From the IMG/VR virus record IMGVR_UViG_3300037400_002947, positions 54,999 to 118,998 of that record: 64,000 bases of DNA; one strand, written 5' to 3'. This document shows, piece by piece, positions 49,264 through 60,045 of the stretch. The stretch comes from a virus. Lineage: Duplodnaviria > Caudoviricetes. A model generated the notes under the pieces. It was given only the letters and a program-made list of their open reading frames with translations. It was not told the origin of the DNA and did not search any database. Made by a program: the position numbers and the translations under genes. Numbering within the stretch: position 1 is the stretch's first letter; each line of letters opens with the position of its first letter.

Positions 49264-50167
49264 GAAAGCCAAACGAGAACAGGTGTGGTTAAAGGTGCTT
49301 CTTACTGGCCCGTCGGGGTCTGGCAAAAGCTATTCGGCACTGAGACTTGCAAAGGGAATCGCAGATAAATGCGGAAGTGATATCGCTTATATAGGAACAG
49401 AAGGATCTCGTGATTTGTATTACAGTAACGAATACGATTATGATTTACTTCAGATTGAAGAGCCGTATACGCCCGAAAAGTACATTGATGCTATCGAAGA
49501 AGCTGTCAATGCCGGATACAAGGTTCTAATTATTGACAGTATTACGCATGAATGGCTCGAACTGAATAAAATCCACGACAGAATGCCTGGAAATTCGTTT
49601 ACGAACTGGGGAAAAATCAAACCGAGACATGAAGCATATACGGAAAAGATTCTGCTTTCACCCATCCACATCATTTCTACTGCAAGAGGAAAAGATCAGT
49701 GGATTCTTGAAGAGCAGAACGGAAAACAGGTCCCGCGCAAGGTGGGTCTCGGCGGTCAGACCGACAAAGACGCCTCATATAATTATACCGTGTCATTTGT
49801 GATTGAACAGTCAACGCACGTCGCTTCGCCGGACAAGGACAACACACACCTCTTCGACGGCCGCTACGATGTGCTGACGGAAAAAGATGGCGAGCGTCTT
49901 TATGAGTGGGCAAACAGTAGCGACATTCCCGCAACTGTAAAGGAACCGAAAAAATTTGAAGAGCAGGAAGTGCTACCTGAAGACGAACTTAAACTGATTA
50001 AGACGGATATTATCGCTCTCTGCAAAGAACTTGGCGGAACGAAGAACGAAAGACTCATGGAAGTCCTTAAGTCATTTGTCGCTTCTGGCAACCCAAACGC
50101 TATCAAATCAATCGACAAGGCAAAGGAGTGTCTTGCGGCAATCAAAGGTGTGCCGCCTCTGTCATGA
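49250..50167 (+). CDS. AAA_24/Sak4-like P-loop ATPase
   Basis: GPSGSGKS, LIIDSITHEW; located next to ssb. Confidence 0.85.
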   Translation: MAGFKKAKREQVWLKVLLTGPSGSGKSYSALRLAKGIADKCGSDIAYIGTEGSRDLYYSNEYDYDLLQIEEPYTPEKYIDAIEEAVNAGYKVLIIDSITHEWLELNKIHDRMPGNSFTNWGKIKPRHEAYTEKILLSPIHIISTARGKDQWILEEQNGKQVPRKVGLGGQTDKDASYNYTVSFVIEQSTHVASPDKDNTHLFDGRYDVLTEKDGERLYEWANSSDIPATVKEPKKFEEQEVLPEDELKLIKTDIIALCKELGGTKNERLMEVLKSFVASGNPNAIKSIDKAKECLAAIKGVPPLS

Positions 50168-50319
50168 AGAAGCGAATTGAAATAATAGTAGACGAATCAA
50201 CATTTGCATCGGCATTCGATGCCTATGAAATTGCATTAAAACAAGAAGGAACGCCACACATAATCTTGTTTTACTCGGCAAACGAGGTGTGGCGAGATGA
50301 TCAAGAGGAGATTTAATAT

Positions 50320-50694
50320 ATGGCTTTTAGAACAGGAGCATATGCTAAGATTTGGGAACTGAAAACGAGCGACAGAGGAACATACACCGACGCAAGGATT
50401 TCCACTTCGCACAAGAGAAAAGACACCGGAGAATACGAGCAGGATTTCGGCGGATATGTACGGTTCATCGGCGAGGCACACCAGATGGCCGCAGGACTGA
50501 AAGTCGGAGACAGCATCCGGCTCGGCGATGTAGCGGCTACTCAAACTTACAACAAACAGCAAGGCAGAACATACACAAACTTCCAGGTGTTCACCTTCGA
50601 AGTACCGGAACAGCAGCAGTCGCAGTCGAGACCGCAGTACGATCCGACAGCGGAAATTGCAGGAACAACAGAGGAAGAACTGCCGTTTAACTAA
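50320..50694 (+). CDS. ssb: Single-stranded DNA-binding protein
   Basis: OB-fold size; acidic tail EEELPFN. Confidence 0.8.
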   Translation: MAFRTGAYAKIWELKTSDRGTYTDARISTSHKRKDTGEYEQDFGGYVRFIGEAHQMAAGLKVGDSIRLGDVAATQTYNKQQGRTYTNFQVFTFEVPEQQQSQSRPQYDPTAEIAGTTEEELPFN

Positions 50695-50713
50695 ACCCCT
50701 CCCCACCTATAAT

Positions 50714-50742
50714 CCCCACGTCAGCAACTTAGCGGCGTGGGG
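50714..50742 (+). terminator. GC-rich hairpin after ssb
   Basis: CCCCACGTC/GGCGTGGGG; no clear U tract. Confidence 0.4.
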
Positions 50743-50775
50743 AAACCTATCTCTAAAGGAAGAAAGGAAATACAA

Positions 50776-51531
50776 ATGAGTCATTATGCAGTTTTAGTCA
50801 TGAGTAAAAATGGCGGCAAAGATATTGAAGATTTGCTTGCACCTTACAACGAAAACATAGAAGTCGAACCGTATGTGAGATACACAAGAGAAGAAGCAAT
50901 CGAGTATCAGAGAGATTCTTCTCTTGAAAATCTGAAATACTGGGCAACGCATCGGGAGCGTGACGATGCAAAAGAAATGGCGGAGCGGTGCTTTAAGCAT
51001 ATCATGAAGTCAGATGAAGAACTGTACCAGGAAATGGTCGATGATTACGACGGAAATGTAGACGCCGACGGCAATATCCTTTCAACGTACAACCCAAAAT
51101 CTAAGTGGGACTGGTGGTCTTACGGCGGACGCTGGGATGGATTGTTAAGAAACAAAGAGGGCGAAGCGGTTGACGAGGGATACGCATCTAAACTTGATCT
51201 GTCTCGGAACAAAGAAGAGTATAAGGAATCTATTGAGTGGTGGGAAGAGAATGTAGAAAAACGGAACGGTGAGATGTGGTATTCGCCGCAGTATTACATT
51301 GACTTCTATAAAGATAAAGAGACATACGCAACCATTCGAAGCCTCCCCATCTTCAGGTCTGTTGTAACTCCGGACGGAGAGTGGCACGAGAAAGGAAAAA
51401 TGGGATGGTTTGCAATGACCTCCGAGACGCCCGAAGAATCTCTGGAGTGGGATTTAAATTTTATGGAGAGGTATATCAAACCTGCCATTGAGAACAACTG
51501 GTATCTTACACTTGTTGACTGCCATATCTAA
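50776..51531 (+). CDS. Conserved phage hypothetical protein
   Basis: MSHYAVLV, YNPKSKWDWW..GGRW, TPDGEWHEKG, terminal VDCHI. Confidence 0.75.
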   Translation: MSHYAVLVMSKNGGKDIEDLLAPYNENIEVEPYVRYTREEAIEYQRDSSLENLKYWATHRERDDAKEMAERCFKHIMKSDEELYQEMVDDYDGNVDADGNILSTYNPKSKWDWWSYGGRWDGLLRNKEGEAVDEGYASKLDLSRNKEEYKESIEWWEENVEKRNGEMWYSPQYYIDFYKDKETYATIRSLPIFRSVVTPDGEWHEKGKMGWFAMTSETPEESLEWDLNFMERYIKPAIENNWYLTLVDCHI

Positions 51532-51540
51532 GGAGTGCAT

Positions 51541-52002
51541 ATGAAGAAATGTAAATATACACACTGCCATCATAACAGCCGCGATGTACCGGATGAAGAG
51601 GCGGTCACGCCGAACGGAACAACCTACTATCATGCAGACTGTTACAAGGAAAAGGAATGTATCGACAATATTCTGAAACTGTGGGCTGACTGCGTTGATC
51701 CTTCACCGATTTTCAATCAGCTACGCAGAATTGTTAACAATATTGTTTTTCAAAACGGAGTTCCGGCAGAGCAGTTGTTATTCTGCTTAAAGTGGTGCAT
51801 TAACAATCGGTGGAATCTGCGGAATCCAGGAGGATTATACTATGTGGCAAAAGACAACGACGCTATTGCCGCATACAAAGAATCGAAGAAACCGAAAATC
51901 ACCGTCCGTCAAGACATGTTTGTTGTTAATGATGACATGACGAAGGTTGATGGATTTAAAAATAAAAACGGAAAGGCCGGATTTAACAGGATACTGAGAT
52001 GA
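51541..52002 (+). CDS. Hypothetical replication-region protein with Cys/His motif
   Basis: CKYTHC...YYHADC; coupled to dnaB. Confidence 0.65.
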   Translation: MKKCKYTHCHHNSRDVPDEEAVTPNGTTYYHADCYKEKECIDNILKLWADCVDPSPIFNQLRRIVNNIVFQNGVPAEQLLFCLKWCINNRWNLRNPGGLYYVAKDNDAIAAYKESKKPKITVRQDMFVVNDDMTKVDGFKNKNGKAGFNRILR

Positions 52003-53351
52003 GAGAAGAGAAACTATTTGATGCACAGCTTGAGGCGACTTATCTTGCTACCGTCATCGCTAATCCTCATTTTCTTCTTGTAGAAAATAATATCCGGCCA
52101 AACTTTTTCTACGCCAAAGATAACCAGTGCATTATGTGGGCTGTGCAAACGCTCGCTAATAAGGGAGTTGAGACCATTGATGCGCTGAATCTTGAGACCG
52201 TTCTTGCCTCCAACAATGCGGTAAAACGGGTAATGGAAGAGCACGACCTTGCTGACATGTCGCGTTATGTAGAGATGAGTAAGTATGCTGCTCGCGGAAG
52301 CTACGAGGAATACAAAATCCTTGAAGAGCAGATTATCACCTACGCATTTCGGCGAGAACTGCGAGATTTTTCGCTTCGACTTGGAAACGAGTGCGAGAAT
52401 CCGAACGTTAACCTAACGGAATTGAATGATTTCTGCAACAAGGGAATCAGCGACATCACGGATCGATACGCATACGGCGCTGATTCGGTTCTTCTGGGCG
52501 AGAAGATTGATTCAATCTGGCAGGACATCTGCGACAAGCGAACTCCGGCAGGATATGGTATTCCGTTTAAAATCGACAGGTTAAACGAGTATCTGACACT
52601 GGTTCCTGGGGAATTGACGCTTGTTGCCGGAGCTACGGGGCGAGGGAAATCGTCGTTTTTCTTGGCTGAGGCGCTGCATAAAGCAGTCAAGCTTGAAGTT
52701 CCTACATTATTAATAGATACGGAGCTGACGGATTCAGTCTGGCTGCCGAGAGCAATCGCTTCGCTGAGCGGAGTAACGGTACACAACGTAAAGACTGGGC
52801 AGTTTGTCGGCAACGAGGAGACCAGAGTAAAGGAAGCAATTAATACTCTTAAAAAAGCTCCGCTGATTCACGAATACGTCAACACGTTTGACAAGTTCAG
52901 AATCGAAGGTCTTGTTCGCAAATGGAAGAATAAAATTGGCCTTGGACTTGTCATCTTTGACTACATAAAACCTGGGGCAATGTATGGCGCGGCAGAGATT
53001 TCGCAGTCACTTGGTCTTTCGACAGACTTTCTGAAGAATGTAATCAGCACTGAAATCAATGTTCCGGTAATTGCAGGACTACAGATGAATGAGCAGACTG
53101 GCGGCGTTGCAGATTCGCAGAAACCAGTCAGATATGCGGATGCGCTGCTCAGATGGGAAGAGAAGACGCCAGAAATGATCGCAAGAGACGGTATTGAGTC
53201 AGGAAATTTCCTGATCCGAGTCGACAAAAACAGAAACGGTATGTCAACAGTCGGCGACGACGATTATTTAGATGTCATTTTCCAGAAGGCTACAATGAAA
53301 ATTAGCGGCGCAGCCCAGCACAAGATTCCTGAGACACTGCCGTTTGATTAA
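51999..53351 (+). CDS. dnaB: DnaB-like replicative helicase
   Basis: AGATGRGKS, IDTE, IFDYIK, GLQMN, DKNRNG. Confidence 0.9.
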   Translation: MREEKLFDAQLEATYLATVIANPHFLLVENNIRPNFFYAKDNQCIMWAVQTLANKGVETIDALNLETVLASNNAVKRVMEEHDLADMSRYVEMSKYAARGSYEEYKILEEQIITYAFRRELRDFSLRLGNECENPNVNLTELNDFCNKGISDITDRYAYGADSVLLGEKIDSIWQDICDKRTPAGYGIPFKIDRLNEYLTLVPGELTLVAGATGRGKSSFFLAEALHKAVKLEVPTLLIDTELTDSVWLPRAIASLSGVTVHNVKTGQFVGNEETRVKEAINTLKKAPLIHEYVNTFDKFRIEGLVRKWKNKIGLGLVIFDYIKPGAMYGAAEISQSLGLSTDFLKNVISTEINVPVIAGLQMNEQTGGVADSQKPVRYADALLRWEEKTPEMIARDGIESGNFLIRVDKNRNGMSTVGDDDYLDVIFQKATMKISGAAQHKIPETLPFD

Positions 53352-53362
53352 AGGAGATAGTA

Positions 53363-54373
53363 ATGCAGTTTGATCGAGATCAGCTTGATGAGATATGTAA
53401 GAAGGTAGATCTTCTGGACTACGCATCGCAGCGGTTCGACTTCAAGCGGTCTGGCAACGACAACTACGTTACGCACTGTCCTCTGCACGTTGATAAGACT
53501 CCGTCGCTTTCAATCACCCCTAGCAAGAACATGTTTTACTGCTTTTCTTGCCATAAAGGCGGCGGAATCATCAACTGGATGATGACTTATGAACACCTAA
53601 CATATTATCAAGCAGTTCAAAAGCTTTGCAAAATAACAGGAACAGAACTGACAGAGAAAAAGCGCAGCAGTTCATTTGGATTTTTTAAAAACTGCGTGAA
53701 AATCAGAGCCGAAGAGGAAGAAAAACCAGTTGAGCGAAAATACTTTGACGCTAATTATTTAGAAAAGTTTGAACGCCAGGATGGCGAGCCGCACGAGTGG
53801 ATTGAAGAAGGAATTCTGCCGGAAGTCATGGACAAATTCGGTGTTCGCATCGACAAGGCGGCAAATCGAATCGTTTATCCGGTGTATGACAATGAAGACA
53901 GATTGATTGGAGTTAAGGGGCGGACGAGATTTAAAAACTATAAGCTGCTCGGCATCGCAAAATACCAGAACTACGAAAAAATAGGCACGACAGACTATTT
54001 CCAGGGTATGCACGAGAATCGCGAGTCAATTCTGTCGTCCAAAACTATGATAATTGTCGAAGGAATTAAGAGCGTTTTCAAGCTTTATGGGTGGGGGTAT
54101 ACCAATTGTGTGTCTGCCGAGACAAGTCACCTAAATGATGCACAAATTGCAATAATTATCAGAATGGGAATTAAGAATGTGATAATTGCATTCGACAGCG
54201 ATGTTCCGGAGGACAAGATTTACGACAATGTTGCCAAACTGAAACCGTTTTGCAACGTTTACTATATAAAGGATCCGAATGTTTCCCCAGACGAGAAGGC
54301 AAGTCCGTGCGACCACGGCAAGGCTCGATGGGATGAGTTGTATAAAGAGAAAAAAAGACTGTGTCTAAGGTGA
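53363..54373 (+). CDS. dnaG: DnaG-like primase
   Basis: CPLH.DKTPS...CFSC Zn finger; Toprim VEG and AFDSD. Confidence 0.9.
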   Translation: MQFDRDQLDEICKKVDLLDYASQRFDFKRSGNDNYVTHCPLHVDKTPSLSITPSKNMFYCFSCHKGGGIINWMMTYEHLTYYQAVQKLCKITGTELTEKKRSSSFGFFKNCVKIRAEEEEKPVERKYFDANYLEKFERQDGEPHEWIEEGILPEVMDKFGVRIDKAANRIVYPVYDNEDRLIGVKGRTRFKNYKLLGIAKYQNYEKIGTTDYFQGMHENRESILSSKTMIIVEGIKSVFKLYGWGYTNCVSAETSHLNDAQIAIIIRMGIKNVIIAFDSDVPEDKIYDNVAKLKPFCNVYYIKDPNVSPDEKASPCDHGKARWDELYKEKKRLCLR

Positions 54374-54533
54374 GTTCTTATGTTTGATGATGAATATATC
54401 ATGACGATTTTATACGTTTTACTGTGCTTTATTGCTGCGTTATGTGCGGCCCTGTCTGTAATTGGCGATTTCAAAGAATGCGCAATTTTATTTATCGCGT
54501 TTCTTTTGTATACATCGATTAAAGGGCGTGTAG

Positions 54534-54719
54534 ATGAGTAGCATCAAGGAAGAGGCATATGCCGTTATTCAAAAGATGCCAGCCAAGGACATAAATGTAC
54601 CTACCATGATGGAAGACGGAACGCTCAGCATCACGGTGGACATGGACATCACACGGGTAAAGCGGATACTTCTGAATCAGAAGGGAACCAACTACGGAGG
54701 ACTGTATTACAAGGAGTAG
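54534..54719 (+). CDS. Hypothetical protein
   Basis: 61 aa. Confidence 0.55.
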   Translation: MSSIKEEAYAVIQKMPAKDINVPTMMEDGTLSITVDMDITRVKRILLNQKGTNYGGLYYKE

Positions 54720-55274
54720 ATGATGGAGAGTGAATATAATTTGAAGCCGTGCCCATTCTGTGGTAATAAGGCCGAATTGATAGTCGCACCGGGCTATTTC
54801 AAATCTGGTCTATCGTCAAGTGGGTGGCTGGTCAAATGTACTAACGGGTGTTGCAATCAAATGCCGTATATGTCTGACCATGATGCGGTTGAAGCATGGA
54901 ACAGGCGAGAAACCGCACAGCTCGACAGGGGATACATGGAGCAGATAAAATGGGAGCGAGACTTAGCCATCCGACAGCTTGCAGACCTTGGATACGGTCT
55001 TGGAGAAAAGCCAAGGACGAACGGGGATACAATCAGCAGACAAGATGCGATTGATGTGCTTGAACGAGACGAAAGTTATAACGAAGACATTCCGCTTCGT
55101 GCGGATGGCATAAGAGATGCAATTATCACGATAAAAGGCTTACCATCATCTGCGCAGCCTAATGACTGGATGGAGAAAAATAAGTACAAGATTCTACAAG
55201 CCGGAAAAGAAGGACGAGAATATGAGTTCAGAATTGGCGGCAGATTGTTCGCCATAAGGGAAAAAGCACAATGA
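54720..55274 (+). CDS. Lar-family domain fused to additional modules
   Basis: LKPCPFCG...AVEAWNRR, then DTISRQDAID module. Confidence 0.7.
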   Translation: MMESEYNLKPCPFCGNKAELIVAPGYFKSGLSSSGWLVKCTNGCCNQMPYMSDHDAVEAWNRRETAQLDRGYMEQIKWERDLAIRQLADLGYGLGEKPRTNGDTISRQDAIDVLERDESYNEDIPLRADGIRDAIITIKGLPSSAQPNDWMEKNKYKILQAGKEGREYEFRIGGRLFAIREKAQ

Positions 55275-56849
55275 AGAACGATACTATTAGCCGACAGGCG
55301 GCAATTAATCTTGTCGAAAGTCGTAGCTACGACCTCTCAGAAAGAGAGGACGAGTGGGCAATGGTGCATGATGTGGAAGAACTGCCACCCGCACAGCCGG
55401 AACTGTCAACTGATATACAGGATGTTCTTGGATATCTTGATGACGTATTACATCCTCTAATATCCCCAGATAATTGGAACGTATATTCTGAGCTACACAA
55501 TATGGTATCAAGTTTGTCGTCCGCACAGTCAGATCTTGACACCAGTTTGTACACGGACGGATTCACTGACGGATACAAGCAAGCGCAGATGGATGCACAG
55601 GAAATTATAAGGTGCAAGGATTGCAAACACTGGCTTGATATAGATGATGGACGGCAGAAGCACCGTATGTGTGCTGACGTTTATGGGAATTGGTTTTGTG
55701 CAGATGCAGAAAGGCGGTGAAGTGGGAATGAAGACTAACAAATATCAGATTGCTGAATATGATGACTTAGAGATGCCATCCGATGACATGGACAGCGACA
55801 TCAGAAATTGGCATAGCCACCTCGTCAAAGTTCGAAAGGATACGAAGTGCGTTTATTGCGAGGCGCCGATCAGCAAGGGAGACTTCGCCTTATCTGAACG
55901 AGGATTCTGCGATGGAGAACCGTTTCTGATTCATGACTGCATTGACTGCGCTGATGACTTAATTGCTTTTCACAAAGGCGAAATTGACAGCGATGAATAT
56001 TTCGGGAGATGGGAAAAACGCTACAAAAAATATGCAGAAAGGAGAACCGATGAGGCTGATTGATGCGGATGAATTAATGGAGCATGTTTACAGGGATAAG
56101 CTTGACAGCAGAGAACTGATAGCTGAAATGGTAAAAAACGCTCCAACCATTGAAGACTTTAGATTGGTGTGCGAAGAGTTGAACGAGGGAATCGAACGTT
56201 ACAGAAAAGAAAATGATAGATTGAAAGGAGAAATCAAAGCGCTGGCATTTGCTGTCAGATGCAACGTTGTAAGAGGGAACGAGGTACGCTATGAGATTGA
56301 TTGATGGGGATACGTTGGGTCTGTCTGATATGGAAATCGTCATGTGTAATGGGGATTATAAAGAGGCACTTAAAATGCTAATAGATAAGATCGAACATGC
56401 TCCGACCATCGAAGAGCGCAAGACAGGGACTTGGCTTTTTATTGATGACGAGGAGTTTGCCAGATATCACATTTGTTCAAACTGCAAAGAACGTGCAGTA
56501 GTTGATCTTTATGGAGAGGAAGTATTGGCAAATTTCTGTCTGAACTGTGGAGCGGATATGATGGGTAAACAGAATGATTGATGCGGGTACGATTTTGAAA
56601 GTTACAAGAAGTTTGATAGGCGATACCGAACCATACGGCGATTCTGACATTGATAGAGAGCGGACGCAGAATCTCGACAAACTGATTTATATTATCGATG
56701 AACTTCTCTATGACGTTGAGAAGGTGGCAGTCAATAAAGATTGCCACGAAGGCTCTATGCGGATGATGGGCGAAAAGGCACATAAAGCATTAAATGATTA
56801 TTGGAGTTGGATTGAAGCCTACTTGAGAGGTGAACAGGATGATTCATGA
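55271..56849 (+). other. Five small mosaic CDS (55271-55720, 55728-56063, 56050-56304, 56291-56581, 56574-56849)
   Basis: ISRQAAI, MRLIDAD and NFC.NCGADM modules typical of Clostridia phages. Confidence 0.65.
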
Positions 56850-57123
56850 GCTTAAAATACTCCCACAATACTTCGATGCAGTATGTTCAAGAGAAAAAAC
56901 ATTTGAATTGCGAAAGAATGACAGGGAATTTAAAGTCGGAGATTATCTGCATTTAAAAGAATGGGATGGAGAAAAATACACAGGGCGAGAGGTGACGAGA
57001 TATGTTAATTACATCCTGTATGATTGGACAGGCGGTTTACAGGATGGATGGTGCATTATGAATTTAAAAATGAGTCACCTTGAAGCAACGTTAGATCAAA
57101 CGAGAGGAAAACAGAATGAGTGA
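56839..57123 (+). CDS. DUF3850 (ASCH/PUA-like) protein
   Basis: MIHELKILPQYF...KTFELRKNDREFKVGD.L.L.EW...YTGR. Confidence 0.8.
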   Translation: MIHELKILPQYFDAVCSREKTFELRKNDREFKVGDYLHLKEWDGEKYTGREVTRYVNYILYDWTGGLQDGWCIMNLKMSHLEATLDQTRGKQNE

Positions 57124-57310
57124 TTTGAAACCGTGCCCGTTTTGCGGAGATACGTACATACAGATTCATGCAATAAATAGCCATTCGAGAGGACGCTTTA
57201 CAGTCGGATGTAATACTTTAGACTGCGTGGGACTACATTGCGAAAGTAAGCTATTCAAAACGGAAGAAGAAGCAATCAAGTCATGGAACAGGAGGGTGAA
57301 GGATGATTGA
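57116..57310 (+). CDS. Lar-family protein
   Basis: LKPCPFCG...AIKSWNRR. Confidence 0.75.
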   Translation: MSDLKPCPFCGDTYIQIHAINSHSRGRFTVGCNTLDCVGLHCESKLFKTEEEAIKSWNRRVKDD

Positions 57311-57560
57311 CTTTTCGGACAAGTACAATTTGCTGCCCTGTCCATTTTGCGGCGGCAAAGCTTATATGGAAGCGCGTGACAGACTTGAGAATATCGGTTG
57401 TCGCGCTTGCAACTATCATATGTACGGACATGGAATTGTTCAGAGCGAGATTGTGACTAACGTAGTTGCTAGTTATGATTCAGAAGGCAATCCGCTTGAA
57501 TGGTATGATTCCCATGCGTCCGAGAAACTTGTGGCAAAGTGGAACAGGAGAAATGGATGA
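57303..57560 (+). CDS. Lar-family protein
   Basis: LLPCPFCGG...KWNRR. Confidence 0.7.
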   Translation: MIDFSDKYNLLPCPFCGGKAYMEARDRLENIGCRACNYHMYGHGIVQSEIVTNVVASYDSEGNPLEWYDSHASEKLVAKWNRRNG

Positions 57561-57820
57561 GGATAATAGGCGAATCAAAAGACAATTACATCGTAGAGGT
57601 TCCGTTTGATGAAATGGCTAACATCCAGGGGTTGCATAGCCGCTTCAGTTATGTAAGAGAAAACATTAAAAAGCCTGAATGTGGAGACGTTATCAACATC
57701 GAGCAACTATATAATTTAATCACTAGAATAAAATCGACAATTGGAAATATCGAAAAGTTCCGACAAGACCTATCTTTTACAATTAAAAGAATTGACGACT
57801 TTCACTACACCGCAGATAAC

Positions 57821-57848
57821 TTGACAAAATAAATGTTAATGATAATAT
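57821..57848 (+). promoter_or_regulatory. Probable promoter similar to the one at 48450
   Basis: TTGACAAAATAAATGTTAATGATAATAT versus TTGACAAAGTAAATGTTATTGATATACT. Confidence 0.55.
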
Positions 57849-58239
57849 GTGCTTGCAAAGGAGGATGCAGCAATGATGACGTGGGATGAGTTTACAAGTC
57901 AAAAGAAATACACGGTTAATTCCGGTTACACTGCAACAGATATTACGTGCCCAAAATGCGGAAAGCCGATATATAAGAGAACAGACATTGTTCTGGCGTC
58001 TTATCCGCCGAAGTATGAATATAGATGTTTCAATTGTCAATGGAGTGATTATGCATATTAAAGGAGATTTTAGATGACAACACTTGAGGCTCTCGGTGCG
58101 CAAGTAGTAAAAGCAATGGAAGTTGAATTGCTTCATGACATTGGTGTTAAAGATGTCAATATCGACGAGAGGATATTGAATATCATGCGTGTGCAAGCTG
58201 TATTCGACGGCGAATTAGACCAGTTCGAAAGGTGGGTAA

Positions 58240-59067
58240 ATGAAAGAAAATGACTTTATCTTAGATACAATGACTTGGTCTTTTTCTAGACTGGAGAGCT
58301 TTGACCAGTGTCCTTACGGATGGTATCAAAAGTACGTCATGTGCGAAGACGGCGAGAATAATGCGTTCGCCGAGTACGGATCGCTTTGTCACTCACTTCT
58401 GGAAGGGTACAGCAAAGGTGAAATTGATGCGTTTGATCTGGCAAGCGAGTATGAGCGGCGCTTCGACGAGGAAGTGGTCGATGATTTTCCACCGAATAAG
58501 TATGTGGACATGCGCGAGTCGTATTTTTACAAGGGCCTCGATTATTTTGAAAGCTTCAGCGGAATTCTTGACGGCGACTACGAAGTGATTGGCGTCGAGC
58601 AAAAGGTTGATTTCGAGATAGACGGTAAAAAGTTTATAGGATACGTTGACTTGCTTGTCAGGGACCATGAAGGAAAGATTATTTGCTGCGACCACAAGTC
58701 GGCAAATCTAAAGTTTAAGAAAAATGGAGACGTAACAAAAGGCGACGCTGAAAAACTTCAGATGTACAAGCGCCAGCAGTATCTTTACAGTAAATGCCTG
58801 ATTGAAGAGGGGTACAAACCAGACTATTTGTGTTGGAACTTCTTTAACAACGGAACGGTTTACAAGATTCCGTTCGACGAATGCGAATATAACGAAGCGT
58901 TGCAGTGGGCGGCAGATACAATTAAAAGGATTGAAGCCGTCAAAGAGTTCGAGCCAAAGCAGGATTACTATTTCTGTCATAACATTTGTGACCAGAGGAA
59001 TAGTTGCCCGTACAATCAGCCAGAAAGTGTGGACAAAGACGTGGAGTGGGATACCGATGAGCCTTAA
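58240..59067 (+). CDS. PD-(D/E)XK (RecB/Cas4-like) exonuclease
   Basis: SFSRL..F.QCP, GYVDL, DHKS, QQYLY, C-terminal C...C....C. Confidence 0.85.
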   Translation: MKENDFILDTMTWSFSRLESFDQCPYGWYQKYVMCEDGENNAFAEYGSLCHSLLEGYSKGEIDAFDLASEYERRFDEEVVDDFPPNKYVDMRESYFYKGLDYFESFSGILDGDYEVIGVEQKVDFEIDGKKFIGYVDLLVRDHEGKIICCDHKSANLKFKKNGDVTKGDAEKLQMYKRQQYLYSKCLIEEGYKPDYLCWNFFNNGTVYKIPFDECEYNEALQWAADTIKRIEAVKEFEPKQDYYFCHNICDQRNSCPYNQPESVDKDVEWDTDEP

Positions 59068-59379
59068 TAAAGCTATTGAGCATGGTAAAGAACATAGGGA
59101 AAAGTATAGGGGAAGTAAAGCGTTCGATTGTAGTTGCCGGAACCATGGCGGCTGCGATTGGTGTCGTGAGAATCGCATGATTCAGAAGCTTCGGCGCGAA
59201 GAGGCGATGCGCCGAGACGAGGAAGAATGGTATGAGGAAGACGAAATTCTTTGAAGTTGTTTGTCCATTCTGTGCAAACAAGATGTGTATTTCGGAAGGA
59301 TGGAAATACTGTATGTTCACACAGGAGTGTCCAGAATGCGGACGGGTTTTCACAGTAAACTTCGGCGAGGTAGAGAAGG

Positions 59380-60045
59380 ATGTATGACGATTATTGGGAT
59401 GGTCCAGGCGAATATGACGAAATGATACTGGAGATGAAAGATGCTTTAAAAGAATCGGTCAGACAGGAAGTCAAGGACGAACTCGATTCTCTTAGGAAGA
59501 AGCTCGCCGAGCTGACTGACTTGCAGAAGAACTGGTCTGAAAAGCTTCGTGAGCTTGAAGACGAGAAATATAAATATAAAGAAGCCCTAAGAAACGCGAA
59601 GCAGGAAGCCAATAAAACAAAGTTGACCGAGCTGATGGAGAGTATTGAACATGAAGCTTGGACTGTAAAGGGCAACTATGAATATGTCAGACCAAAGTGC
59701 GACAAATGTGATAAGGATCGCAAGATTCACTTCAAGTCTCCGAGCGGCAAAGACATGACAGAAGACTGTGAGTGCGCAAAAAGAAAGTATATCTATTACG
59801 TTAAGCCGCTTAAGCTGTACAAGATTCATCAGCGGATTAAAACTACCGGAAGGCCGGATGACGTATGGCTGTACTATGCTCTGCATGAAAGCGGCGGTTT
59901 CTTTCCTGGCGAGAAAGACGAAGAACTTGAACTGATTAACATTAAGCTTGGCGAGACGCAGCGCCGCGAAAGATATCACTCCTACTTTTTAAACGAAGAG
60001 GATGCGCAGCAATACTGCGACGAGTTGAATAGCGAGGATAAATGA
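59380..60045 (+). CDS. Hypothetical coiled-coil/Zn-binding protein
   Basis: 221 aa; KCDKCD...CEC. Confidence 0.7.
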   Translation: MYDDYWDGPGEYDEMILEMKDALKESVRQEVKDELDSLRKKLAELTDLQKNWSEKLRELEDEKYKYKEALRNAKQEANKTKLTELMESIEHEAWTVKGNYEYVRPKCDKCDKDRKIHFKSPSGKDMTEDCECAKRKYIYYVKPLKLYKIHQRIKTTGRPDDVWLYYALHESGGFFPGEKDEELELINIKLGETQRRERYHSYFLNEEDAQQYCDELNSEDK

